Translations under genes and position numbers: made by a program
Shown: positions 1-9,055 of the stretch, one piece after another
Position numbering within the stretch: position 1 is the stretch's first letter
Layout: the number at the start of each line of letters is the position of its first letter
Notes under the pieces: model-generated
Databases searched by the model: none
Told to the model about the DNA's origin: nothing
The model's input: only the letters and a program-made list of their open reading frames with translations
From: Thermoflexales bacterium
GTDB lineage: Bacteria; Chloroflexota; Anaerolineae; J036; Brachytrichaceae
Assembly: GCA_035433205.1 (NCBI GenBank)
Contig: DAORUN010000003.1
Span: 4,574-68,573, forward strand
Reading direction: 5' to 3'
Length of the DNA stretch: 64,000 nucleotides

Positions 1-1000
1 AAAACCCAAAATTGCCAAACAACTGAGCCAGCCATGCGGGCAAACCGGGCACAACCGTGCGCAACAAAACCGCCACCATGTTAAATGGATGGGTCATCAT
101 CCAGACGATTTGCTCGCCTGGGTAGGCGTCTGTCAAAATATCCCAGTAGTCGTTTAGATGGGCGGTGGCTTTGTTCCAGCCCAGCGCGGCGATCAGACCC
201 GTCCCGGCGATCAACCCGAACGCCATCCAAAAAGAGCGGTTTTTGGGGAACACCGGCGATGCGATGAGCAGCGCGAAGGGCAAGACCAAGTAGGCTTGTT
301 TTGCCAGCGCCACAAACACGCTCACCGCCAGAAGGGCAGGCAGCGCGCGCGCTTTTAATTTGTGGCGCGGGTCAAATGCCAGCCTAAGCGCCATCGCCAA
401 AAGCAAAAGCGCAAATGCATTGGTGAGGGAATCTGCGGAGAGCGAGGCGCGCTGGGTGGCCGCAGCCGTGCCTAGCGAGAGAAACACAAACAGCCACTTG
501 TAAATTGGCGCAATGCGTATGGCCAACGCGGTGATGGCAACCGCAACGAGCATGGTGGCCAGCCGCGCCAGATACATCATCACCAGCGGAGACGCGCCCA
601 ATCCCCGCCCGATCAAGATGACCAGCGAGGCGGGCAAATACACGGTTGGAAAATAGAAAGTGGCGTTGTTTTTGAAAAATGAAACCTGCGCGGGGGTAAG
701 CGGGTCGCCAAGATGCGCCATGATCTCTTGCGGGCTGGCTTTGTTGTTTACATCGCAGGCGGCGGGGTAGCCGTATTTTGTGTGCAGCGCAATGATGCTG
801 TCTGGGATGATGCTGCCGCCAAATGCCCCTTCTTTTGGCGAGACGATCACTCCTTGCGAGATTTCGTAGGCGCGCGCGTAATGCGAGATTTCGTCTGGCG
901 CTTTTAGCGGCGGGGTGAGTATGCAAAGCAGCAACCCGGTGATGAGGCCGACGAGCGCAAAAAAAGTGTGTGGCGATGAGGAAGAATTGCCTTTGATCAC
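1..1000 (-). CDS. DUF2142-like polytopic membrane protein (GT-C-like), truncated by window edge
   Basis: Minus-strand frame is open from GTG at 1000 (2 nt after the stop of the upstream gene) to position 1. It is absent from the ORF track because no stop lies in the window. My translation VIKGNSSSSPHTFFALVGLITGLLLCILTPPLKAPDEISHYARAYEISQG... shows a TM helix followed by the PDExxHxxRA-type motif I associate with DUF2142, then several hydrophobic helices. Confidence 0.55.
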   Translation of the reverse strand, partial: MIKGNSSSSPHTFFALVGLITGLLLCILTPPLKAPDEISHYARAYEISQGVIVSPKEGAFGGSIIPDSIIALHTKYGYPAACDVNNKASPQEIMAHLGDPLTPAQVSFFKNNATFYFPTVYLPASLVILIGRGLGASPLVMMYLARLATMLVAVAITALAIRIAPIYKWLFVFLSLGTAAATQRASLSADSLTNAFALLLLAMALRLAFDPRHKLKARALPALLAVSVFVALAKQAYLVLPFALLIASPVFPKNRSFWMAFGLIAGTGLIAALGWNKATAHLNDYWDILTDAYPGEQIVWMMTHPFNMVAVLLRTVVPGLPAWLAQLFGNFGF

Positions 1001-1002
1001 GA

Positions 1003-3066
1003 TTAGCGTTGAATTTTGTAAATCACGGCATCGCCATTTTCAAACACGTTTTGGCTGATGGCGCTGAGATTGGGCGAGGGTGGGGCATTGCGTTTGTCTA
1101 CGAACAAATAACGCACACCAAACTGGTCGCGCATCACCGCCAGCGCTTGCGGGTCGGCTTGCACAAACACGCGGTCGTTTAACGCCTTGCGTTCTGGGAA
1201 GGGTTGGACGCGCAGTTGCTCCACGTCTTTGTAGCCCAGGCGGTGCGCCTCGTTGGAGTATGCCCAGCCTTCCAGAAAGACGCTGCGCTCGGCAAAGGCC
1301 GCGGCGTAAAAATTGTGCGGGGTGGGGATGATGTAAATCGTTTTGTCAATCAGCGCCGTGTTCACTGCGATCACATCGGCTGGGTTTGTGTTTTGGCGTA
1401 GCCAGGTGTAAGCCGCATACATGCCTGGGGTAAGCTGCGTGCTTTGGGTGTAGACGGGTTGGCCGCTGCGCCATTTGCTAAAGTTCAGCCGCGCGTCAAA
1501 TGGGGCGTCCATCCCTGCAAGGAGGATGAGCGCGAGGACTGGCGCGAGAGCCGCCCGCGCCCAACGCGTGTGCGCGCCGCGTCGCGCGGCCTGCCAGAGT
1601 TCCATCACCCCAATGGCCGCCAAAACGCACGCGGCGGGCATGGCGTAATACAAAAATAAAATCTGGCCGTAATTGGGGTAATCCAACATCAAAAAGGCGG
1701 CAAACCCCGCCAAAATTACGCCCAGCAAAAGCGCGTTCTGCTGGGTGATGGCGCGTGGGCGGGCGAGCAATGCGGCTATGCCAGCCACGTGTGCGGGCGC
1801 AAACCCAATTATTGCCGGGATGGCGAAGGCCAGCGCGGGCAGAGCGGGAAGTTTTTGCCGCCATTGCGTCACCGCTTCCATCCGCCAGAGTGATTGCAGC
1901 GGGGCAATGCTTGCGCTGCGATCCATGTCTTTGTAAATGACAAGAAAGAACACCAGCAAAATGATGACCGAGAGCGCCCATGCGGCAAAGGCGGGCAGAA
2001 CGGGCATGGGCGTTGGGGAGGCGCGTTTTAGCAGCGCTTGCAACATTTGGAACGCGAGAAAGAGCGTCAGCCCGCCGGTGACGACCGGCAAAGCGGAAGC
2101 CTTTGTGCCACCCAGCCCAATCAGCAAAAGCGCCAAGACGAGCAGATGTGAGCGTAACCCCGCTTTCTTCTGGATCATCTCTACCAAAACGATGAAGATG
2201 GCGAGCGTCATCACCAAACCAAGCGCGTAACTGCCAGAGATGTGCAAATAGCCAATGCCCCAATTGCCAAATAACGCTGGCTCGCGCACATCCAGATCGC
2301 CCTCGCCCAAAAACAGCCCAAACACAACCGCAAGCAGGCCGATGGCGCTTTTGCCGCTGGCGGCTTTGCCCAACGCAAAATATTGAACTGGCAGGAGCGC
2401 AATCAATGGCAGGATGTAAAGCCGCAACGCCACCGCAGGCAGTGGAATGCCAAATACTTGCGTGGCGGCGGCCATGTCAAAAAACTGGTTAAAGTAATAG
2501 CTAAGCGGATTGCCGGAGATATGCGGGTCGGTGATGGGTACTTGGTGCAACGCTTGCGCGGCCAGGCTGATGGAATACGGGTAATCCACAAAATACGTCA
2601 CCCCGCTCACGGTTCCGGGCAGAGGTGATGGCAGGTAGAACGCAAAGACAAAATAAACGAGCAAAACCAAACTGGCCAACGCCAGCAACACCGGGATGAT
2701 GGCGTTTGATTTCCGCGGCGCATCTGGAGATGGCTTTGGCCTGCGCCGCAAAACAAGTATGCCGCACGCGGCGATGATGAGAACGGGGTAGGCGAGGAAC
2801 AGCGGACGTGCGCCCAATTGCGCCGTTAGGCTGAAGGCCAATGTTTCCAGCACAAAGCCCAGCGCCCAACCAATGGCGATGGCGCGGGCGTTTAGCGCGC
2901 GGCTGGGCCAAATGGCAAAATAGAGCGCCAGACCCGGCCCCAGCGAGAACACCGCGCAAAACACGAGATAGGCCAGCGCATCACGCGCGGTTACGCCTGC
3001 CCAGATTGCCATACCCAGCGCGGCGCAGGCAAACAATGTGTGCGGGGCATACTTCAAGAGGCGCAT
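1003..3066 (-). CDS. Large polytopic membrane protein with C-terminal extracytoplasmic domain (GT-C-like, function unassigned)
   Basis: 687-aa ORF with an ATG start. About 500 aa of repeated hydrophobic helices precede a soluble tail (...YAAAFAERSVFLEGWAYS...GVRYLFVDK...). The tail resembles the region preceding the propeller in the 4742-8044 protein. Spacing to both neighbours is 2-7 nt. Confidence 0.6.
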   Translation of the reverse strand: MRLLKYAPHTLFACAALGMAIWAGVTARDALAYLVFCAVFSLGPGLALYFAIWPSRALNARAIAIGWALGFVLETLAFSLTAQLGARPLFLAYPVLIIAACGILVLRRRPKPSPDAPRKSNAIIPVLLALASLVLLVYFVFAFYLPSPLPGTVSGVTYFVDYPYSISLAAQALHQVPITDPHISGNPLSYYFNQFFDMAAATQVFGIPLPAVALRLYILPLIALLPVQYFALGKAASGKSAIGLLAVVFGLFLGEGDLDVREPALFGNWGIGYLHISGSYALGLVMTLAIFIVLVEMIQKKAGLRSHLLVLALLLIGLGGTKASALPVVTGGLTLFLAFQMLQALLKRASPTPMPVLPAFAAWALSVIILLVFFLVIYKDMDRSASIAPLQSLWRMEAVTQWRQKLPALPALAFAIPAIIGFAPAHVAGIAALLARPRAITQQNALLLGVILAGFAAFLMLDYPNYGQILFLYYAMPAACVLAAIGVMELWQAARRGAHTRWARAALAPVLALILLAGMDAPFDARLNFSKWRSGQPVYTQSTQLTPGMYAAYTWLRQNTNPADVIAVNTALIDKTIYIIPTPHNFYAAAFAERSVFLEGWAYSNEAHRLGYKDVEQLRVQPFPERKALNDRVFVQADPQALAVMRDQFGVRYLFVDKRNAPPSPNLSAISQNVFENGDAVIYKIQR

Positions 3067-3073
3067 GGGTATA

Positions 3074-4651
3074 TCACGGGGCGCAGCCTGAATCCAAATT
3101 GAAATACAACGCCCCGCCGATTTGCGCCGACTGGCTGAGCGGTTTGAGGTTTAGCCCTTTTTGCCAATCTGGTTTTGCCTCGTCGTAGAGCAGCACGTAT
3201 TTGGATTTGAGCGGCGTTTGCACCGTGTCTGTGCCCAGCGGGTTGTGCGCGTATGAGAACGCCACCCCAGCCGGCAGGGCGGTGAAATAATATGACTTGA
3301 AGAATGGCAAATGCTGGTTTGCCATGAGGGTGTTGCACCACGCAGGCGCGCCGGGCGTGTAATGCACATCGGCGGCTTTTATCATGCGGTCAAACTCTGG
3401 GGTGAGCGCGGTTGAAACCGGGAACTCTTTTAGCACGTAATCGGCGTATAGGCGGCGGAAGGCCTGAATGCTGGCGATGTTGGTCACGATCATGATGACC
3501 GCCAGAATGCGCCAGAGTTTGCTGGTCTTTTCGGTGGCGACGAAGAACAAGGCGAATAACAACAACGGCGAAGCCATCACCCGCTGGCCCTGATAAAACA
3601 TATACAACGCGGTGATGGCGACGAAGGTGAGCGCCCCGCCCAGCGAGAACAACGCTTTTGCCAGTGCGCTGGGGTCGCGGCCATTCCGCAACCATTTGAC
3701 CAGTTTTACGATGCCCATGACCAACAACGCCAGAACAGCCAGAATCACGTGTCCTGCCAGAACAAATGTGGTTACCGCCAGCCCTTCGCCTGTGCGGGCC
3801 TCGGCCCATGCGGCGGAGATGGTTGCAGACAGCGCGTTGATTTGCGCGCTGGCAATGCTGGCCGGGCTGCCAGAGCCTTTGATGATGTCATAGGCGGGGG
3901 CAATGTTTGGGAAAGGCGCGACCAGATATTGAAACTGCAAAAAGATGCCCGCGCCGATCACGAGCGCCATCGCCAAAAAGCCAATGAGTTTGGGCCAGCG
4001 CGTGGCGGGTTTGGCGCAGACCAGGCAAGCCCAAACCGCAATCACCGGCGCCCAGCTTGGGCGGGGCAGGCTGATGAGAACCAGCGCGGCCAACGCCAGC
4101 CACACCCAAATTTGCCCATCCGTTTTTTTTATGCGCACGAACAGACCGGCAATCAGGATTGCCATCGCCAGATGCGTGCCATCCATGATGCCAACCGGCA
4201 GGTAAAACATGATTGGCATCCACGTGACGACCAGCGCGGTGACAACCAGCGCGCGCCGAAGGCTGAGCTGCGCCAGAAAGAGAAACGCCAAAAAGCACAG
4301 CGTGAGAAAGACAAAATTCCACAAATGGATGGAGTAGGGCGCCCATCCCAAAACCAGGGCGATGGGGCCGAACAAAAGGGCATACCACGGGCCGTAGTTT
4401 CCGTAGTTGGAGGCGGGTAGTTTGGCGAGCTGTTCGTTTACGCTGTAATTGCCGTTTCCAAACCCAACATGGGCAAAGCTTAGCCCTTGATGCCAATAGC
4501 CAATGCTGTCATTCCAACTGGGCTGGGCAGAAAATAATGTTGTGCGCCCAAGAATGGCAAGGATGAGCAGGTTAAACAGCGCGGGCAGGAGCGCCAGAAT
4601 CATCAGTTGCCACCATGCTGGGCTATGTTCTTTTGTATTCGCAGTTCGCAT
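3074..4651 (-). CDS. Polytopic membrane protein with soluble C-terminal domain (function unassigned)
   Basis: The ORF-track start at 4690 is TTG. The first ATG at 4651 gives MRTANTKEHSPAWWQLMILALL..., followed by many TM helices. The start is uncertain between 4651 and 4690. Confidence 0.55.
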   Translation of the reverse strand: MRTANTKEHSPAWWQLMILALLPALFNLLILAILGRTTLFSAQPSWNDSIGYWHQGLSFAHVGFGNGNYSVNEQLAKLPASNYGNYGPWYALLFGPIALVLGWAPYSIHLWNFVFLTLCFLAFLFLAQLSLRRALVVTALVVTWMPIMFYLPVGIMDGTHLAMAILIAGLFVRIKKTDGQIWVWLALAALVLISLPRPSWAPVIAVWACLVCAKPATRWPKLIGFLAMALVIGAGIFLQFQYLVAPFPNIAPAYDIIKGSGSPASIASAQINALSATISAAWAEARTGEGLAVTTFVLAGHVILAVLALLVMGIVKLVKWLRNGRDPSALAKALFSLGGALTFVAITALYMFYQGQRVMASPLLLFALFFVATEKTSKLWRILAVIMIVTNIASIQAFRRLYADYVLKEFPVSTALTPEFDRMIKAADVHYTPGAPAWCNTLMANQHLPFFKSYYFTALPAGVAFSYAHNPLGTDTVQTPLKSKYVLLYDEAKPDWQKGLNLKPLSQSAQIGGALYFNLDSGCAP

Positions 4652-4679
4652 CGGTGCGGCTATTTTAGAGGAAGGAAAT

Positions 4680-4742
4680 ATTGAATGCAAAATACTGAAT
4701 GCAAAACTCGGAAATTAGCATTCTGCGAATTTTGAGTTCAAT
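4680..4742. repeat. Degenerate tandem-unit hairpin (TGAATGC type)
   Basis: TGAATGCAAAA is repeated at 4682-4692 and 4696-4706. An imperfectly complementary arm GCATTCTGCGAATTTTGAGTTCAAT lies at 4718-4742. Intergenic between two membrane-protein genes. Confidence 0.5.
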
Positions 4743-7700
4743 TACGGGTTGTTCGTGTAAACAATGCGGCGGATCTGGCCCTTTTCTGGCGTGGAGGTGA
4801 AAAGCACATACCAGAGGTTGCCATCTGGCCCCTGCAAAATTTGAGATTGGCCGGACGTGGCGGTCTCGCGCGTCTCAAACAGCAGCGGATGGATGCTGTG
4901 CGTTTCGCCATCCTGAATGCGCATATAGCTGATTTTGTCCCAGTTGTAGTCTGCAAACACCAGCGCGCCTTGCAAATAGGCCGGGTAATTTGTGCCGGTA
5001 TATACCGCGCCCATGATGACCGACTCGCTGCGCAGATGTTTGTATGAATATATTGGCGCTTCAATCACTTGGTTGCGCACGGCGTAAAGCGGGTCGCACA
5101 GGGCGCGAACGCGGGCATTGTTTGTCTCGGCGAAGGCGGTCATGATGGCGTTCTCGGCGTTGTTGCCTTCAAAGCACGGCCAGCCAAAGTTTTTTCCGGT
5201 GCCCATATTGATCTCTTCCCATGTCACCTGGCCCACGTCGCCAATATAAAGTTGCTCGGTAACCGGGTGGAGCAGGAAGCGGAATGGGTTGCGCAAGCCG
5301 TAGCTCACGGTCTTGGAGCGATTGCTGTTCGGGTTGCCATCATAGAACGGATTGTCTGGATAGCCCTCACCGGTTTCTGGATTGATGCGCACGATTCTTC
5401 CTGCCAGGCTATCCAGCGATTGCGCGCGGACGGCGCGCAGATCTGTGCCCGCCAAGCCGCCCTCGCCAATGCTGACCCAAAGCGAGCCATCCCTGGCAAA
5501 CAAGACCGTGCCGCCTGCGTGGGTCAGGCTGTCTTCGCCAATACAATCTTGTAAATAGCCGGTTGTTTCGGAATAACACGACTGTTTGGTCTGGTCAAAT
5601 GTGTCATCCACATTGCCGATATTTGCCAGAACGCTGTTTTTGCCCAACAAAATTTTGCGCGCATCCGGTGTCATGCTGGCGCGATTTGGATTTTGCGGAT
5701 CAACCTTGATCCGTTCCAGACGGCTGACGCGCGACCCCATCCCATCTGGTTCAACACCGGGTGGGTCATACACGTAAAACACGTAAAGATAAGGATTTTC
5801 TGGAAAATTGGGGGCAAGCGCAAACCCCAAAACGCCGCGGTCAAACGTGTTATTAACGTCGTCAGAAAGATCCATAAACGGTTCTGGCAGCAACGCTCCG
5901 TTCTGGTAGATCAAAAACTTGCCGCTTTTCTCGGCGATGAACAACCGCCCGTCTTTGGCGAATTGCATCGTTGTCGGCTCGGTCAGCCCGTCAATCACCA
6001 GCTCAGATTTGAAAACAAAGGGCTTGCCGTCTTGTTCGGAAATGGGTTTTGGGAGCGGATATTTGTCGAAAAGGCTCACCTCAAAAATATCGGCGTCATC
6101 GTTGGTATACAACGGCGAGACAACCGGATACAAGCTGGGTGGCACCGGCTGGCCGTGCAGCCGGTCAATGTAAAGATACTTTACGCCGTAGGCATTGTGC
6201 ATTTGCTTGAGGGCCTCTGCGTCGCCATCTTCAAAAACGGCGGTTGCCAATTGCTGGCGCGCCGGGCTGGGCGCCCCGCCCAGGAAAGTCCTGCGCTCTG
6301 CAAAGGCAGGGTAAACCCCGTCCATGCTGGCTGGGCGGTCATCTATGCGGTTGGTGGCAATCACATCTCCGGGGGAGGAGTGTTCGCGTAGCCACCGCAA
6401 ACCCATATACAACGAGCTGGACATGCCCGCATTTGATGTTTCGTAAGCCAGATCGCCCGTTGCAATTTTGAGGAGGGGTGGGGCGAGCGAAGTGATGGGC
6501 GTGATGGCAAATCCTGCCAGCGCCAAAACGCCACAGCCCGCAAGCAGGGCTTTTTTGGCAGATGGGGCGGCTGCGAAATTTTTATCTGCCATTTGGCGAA
6601 GACCCGAAGCCGCCAGCGCCGACCCGGCCACAAAGCCAAAATTAAACGCGGTCAGCGAACCCGCATCGGTGGCGGGAGACGGAACGAGCGCGACAACCGC
6701 GCCAACGACAAACATGACCGCAAGCGCCATCAACGCAGGCGGGATGGGTTTTGCGCGGCTTAGCGCCCATGCCCCGCCAATAATTTGCAACGCCGAGCCA
6801 GCCAGCATAACCACCAGCGTTAAAGCGGGTGGAATTTGCATGGCGGCGCGTTGCGCAGACAAAATCCCCGAATAAAAAATGAGCAGACTAATGAAAGCCA
6901 GCGCCAGCCACAACGCGGCGGGTGTGTTTAACGCGCGGTCGCGGTGGTAGCTCAGGGCCAGAATGCAGGCTGCGCCAACTGCCAGCATGAAGATTGGTTG
7001 CGGGTCGCAACTGGCGCATACGCCCATCAATAACACGATGACGAGCCAATGCGGATTGCGGGCAGAGATTCCATCGGCCTGAACAGAATGTAAAAATTCA
7101 ACCAGAAGCGCGGCAAATAAAATCTGGGCCAGCAAATACGATGGGTTTGACCAGAGCGAGGAAAATCCCGACTGAATGCCAGCCAGCCCTGGCAAAACAA
7201 TTTGCCCCACAAACAAGATCAGGAACGTGGCGATTAAGCCCGAACTGCGTTTGCCATCCACGGCTTTGCCAGCCGCATAAAGCAAAAAAAGCAGGCACAA
7301 CCCGCAGGCGATTGGGTTTAGCCGCAACACGATCTCGGCGATGGGCACGTTTGTTGTATCTGCCGCCGCCGCCAGATGGAACAAGCTGCCCGGCGCATGA
7401 ACAAGCGCCGTCCCCGCCAGTTGCGGGTTCATGACTGGAAAGTGCGCCAACGCCTCGGCGGTGAAGCCGATATGCTGGAGCAGGTCGTTGTTGAGCGCCG
7501 CCTGGCTGAACGTGCCGGGCAGCGGCTGTGTCAGAAACATGCCGATGTAAAAATACAAAATGAACGCAGCCGCCATCAGCGCAAATAGGACGATGCATGT
7601 GTCTTTGGAAATATCCGCGCCCGAGCTTGCGTTTTTTGCGTCATTTGCGCGCGGGGCGCGTTTCCAGAGCGTTAACGCCGAAATGAGGATGACGGGCGCG

Positions 7701-8044
7701 GGATACGCGGCAAAATAGTCGCGCAAGTTCAAGGCCGCGCACACAAAATAAAAAACCGTCGCCAGCGCAAAGCCGGTCGCCCATCCCACGCCAATCAGCC
7801 GGGAGCGGGAGACCGAATTTTTGGATAACGCCTTGTAAAGCAAGCACCCCGGCGCGATGACGAAGACGGCCTGATACAGCGTGTATTTCAGAATATCCAG
7901 TGGCGGAAGATACGCCCGCCAGAGCACAATCAAAACAACAAAAATGAAAACAAGAACAGATAAAAAGGGCTTCCAGCGCAGTTGCTTGAATCTTGATTCT
8001 TGCTGTGCGCGAATATGAGAGCCTTCTTTCGGAGGGTTGGCCAC
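4742..8044 (-). CDS. Fusion protein: N-terminal polytopic membrane (GT-C-like) domain plus C-terminal soluble glucose/sorbosone dehydrogenase-type beta-propeller
   Basis: 1100-aa ORF with a GTG start. The first ~640 aa are hydrophobic helices plus a periplasmic-type linker domain. The C-terminal ~420 aa (ELVIDGLTEPTTMQFAKDGRLFIAEKSGKFLIYQNG...FDRGVLGFALAPNFPENPYLYVFYVYD...GGTVLFARDGSLWVSIGEGG...NFGWPCFEG) match the SGDH/PQQ-dependent sugar dehydrogenase family signature. Confidence 0.7.
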   Translation of the reverse strand: MANPPKEGSHIRAQQESRFKQLRWKPFLSVLVFIFVVLIVLWRAYLPPLDILKYTLYQAVFVIAPGCLLYKALSKNSVSRSRLIGVGWATGFALATVFYFVCAALNLRDYFAAYPAPVILISALTLWKRAPRANDAKNASSGADISKDTCIVLFALMAAAFILYFYIGMFLTQPLPGTFSQAALNNDLLQHIGFTAEALAHFPVMNPQLAGTALVHAPGSLFHLAAAADTTNVPIAEIVLRLNPIACGLCLLFLLYAAGKAVDGKRSSGLIATFLILFVGQIVLPGLAGIQSGFSSLWSNPSYLLAQILFAALLVEFLHSVQADGISARNPHWLVIVLLMGVCASCDPQPIFMLAVGAACILALSYHRDRALNTPAALWLALAFISLLIFYSGILSAQRAAMQIPPALTLVVMLAGSALQIIGGAWALSRAKPIPPALMALAVMFVVGAVVALVPSPATDAGSLTAFNFGFVAGSALAASGLRQMADKNFAAAPSAKKALLAGCGVLALAGFAITPITSLAPPLLKIATGDLAYETSNAGMSSSLYMGLRWLREHSSPGDVIATNRIDDRPASMDGVYPAFAERRTFLGGAPSPARQQLATAVFEDGDAEALKQMHNAYGVKYLYIDRLHGQPVPPSLYPVVSPLYTNDDADIFEVSLFDKYPLPKPISEQDGKPFVFKSELVIDGLTEPTTMQFAKDGRLFIAEKSGKFLIYQNGALLPEPFMDLSDDVNNTFDRGVLGFALAPNFPENPYLYVFYVYDPPGVEPDGMGSRVSRLERIKVDPQNPNRASMTPDARKILLGKNSVLANIGNVDDTFDQTKQSCYSETTGYLQDCIGEDSLTHAGGTVLFARDGSLWVSIGEGGLAGTDLRAVRAQSLDSLAGRIVRINPETGEGYPDNPFYDGNPNSNRSKTVSYGLRNPFRFLLHPVTEQLYIGDVGQVTWEEINMGTGKNFGWPCFEGNNAENAIMTAFAETNNARVRALCDPLYAVRNQVIEAPIYSYKHLRSESVIMGAVYTGTNYPAYLQGALVFADYNWDKISYMRIQDGETHSIHPLLFETRETATSGQSQILQGPDGNLWYVLFTSTPEKGQIRRIVYTNNP

Positions 8045-8068
8045 GATGGAAAAGATTATACGCCTTGC

Positions 8069-9052
8069 TTATGGCGCATTTGGCAAAACGCGCAGCGCGG
8101 CGACGATTTGCGCCGTGTATTTTGCGCGTCCAGAATCATTCAAATGGTAAATCGTGTCATAGAAATCAGACGCGGGCAACAGGCTTTTTGGCGGCGACCC
8201 GGTGATTGTCATTTTGGCGTCGCGCTGGATGGTTTGATAAAGCGCATCCAGCAAAGCGCGATTGCCGGCGTCGTTGGTGTAAAGCTGTTCTGGAATGACG
8301 GGAAACGCCAAAATCGCGGTTGCCCCGCGCGATTTTGCGAAGTCCGCAAAGTCATTTAGGGCGGCAATGCTGTCTGGGTCAAACGTGAGATTCTCTTGAT
8401 ACGAAAGTTTGAGCGCGTTAATTTTGTCTGCGCCCAAGCCGGGTTTGCCCAAATGCGCCACGTAATCGCCGTGCGCGTTGAACCCCTCGCGAAAATATTC
8501 AACTTGCTGGCTGGTGGCGGGCTGGGGCGGGGTTTTGCGGGTGATGGCGTTCCCCAAGGCTTTTTGCTCTGCGTTCCAAATGGCTGTTAGCGCGTGAAGG
8601 TGCGTTGTGGCGGGAAGATACGCCATGCTTTGCGGAAAACTCACTTGCACCAGCGTGGCGATGGCGTCATCGGAGCGCCGTGTTTCGCGGTAATAGAGCT
8701 GATATTCTGGCGTGATGTAAATCACATCGCCCGCGCGGATGTATGGCCTGACCTCATCCAGCATGACCCGCAGACCCAGCCCGGCATACAAACCCATGTT
8801 CACCACTGGGCGGTTCAGGTTGTTCTGAATTTTCTCGCTATCCACGCCCAACGCCAGCCCAGACCCGCCCACCAGCACGATTTTTGGCGAGGCGGTTTTT
8901 GCGAGCAGGGCGTGCTTTTGGTTGGTCGCAGACAGGTAATCTGCCTCGCTAATGCTGATGGCGGGCGGGATGAGGCGCATCAGCCCCAGCATGGTGAGGA
9001 TGACGGCCATGAGCAGGGCCAGGGTTTTTGCGGCGAACTTTGTGGCTGACAT
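8069..9052 (-). CDS. Membrane-anchored SGNH/DltD/AlgJ-like protein (putative O-acyl transfer partner)
   Basis: An N-terminal signal anchor is followed by IVLVGGSGLALG (candidate nucleophile Ser block) and a C-terminal FYDTIYHLN (D-x-x-H block), as in DltD/AlgJ-type SGNH-like proteins. An MBOAT gene lies in the same locus. Confidence 0.5.
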   Translation of the reverse strand: MSATKFAAKTLALLMAVILTMLGLMRLIPPAISISEADYLSATNQKHALLAKTASPKIVLVGGSGLALGVDSEKIQNNLNRPVVNMGLYAGLGLRVMLDEVRPYIRAGDVIYITPEYQLYYRETRRSDDAIATLVQVSFPQSMAYLPATTHLHALTAIWNAEQKALGNAITRKTPPQPATSQQVEYFREGFNAHGDYVAHLGKPGLGADKINALKLSYQENLTFDPDSIAALNDFADFAKSRGATAILAFPVIPEQLYTNDAGNRALLDALYQTIQRDAKMTITGSPPKSLLPASDFYDTIYHLNDSGRAKYTAQIVAALRVLPNAP

Positions 9053-9055
9053 GTT

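Noticed and set aside
384-926. 180-aa minus-strand ORF from the track (MHTHPAAKSARRNLALRARL...)
   Set aside because: It is Arg/Ala/His-rich with low-complexity composition typical of an out-of-frame shadow. A different minus-strand frame over 1-1000 encodes a coherent multi-helix membrane protein with a DUF2142-like motif.
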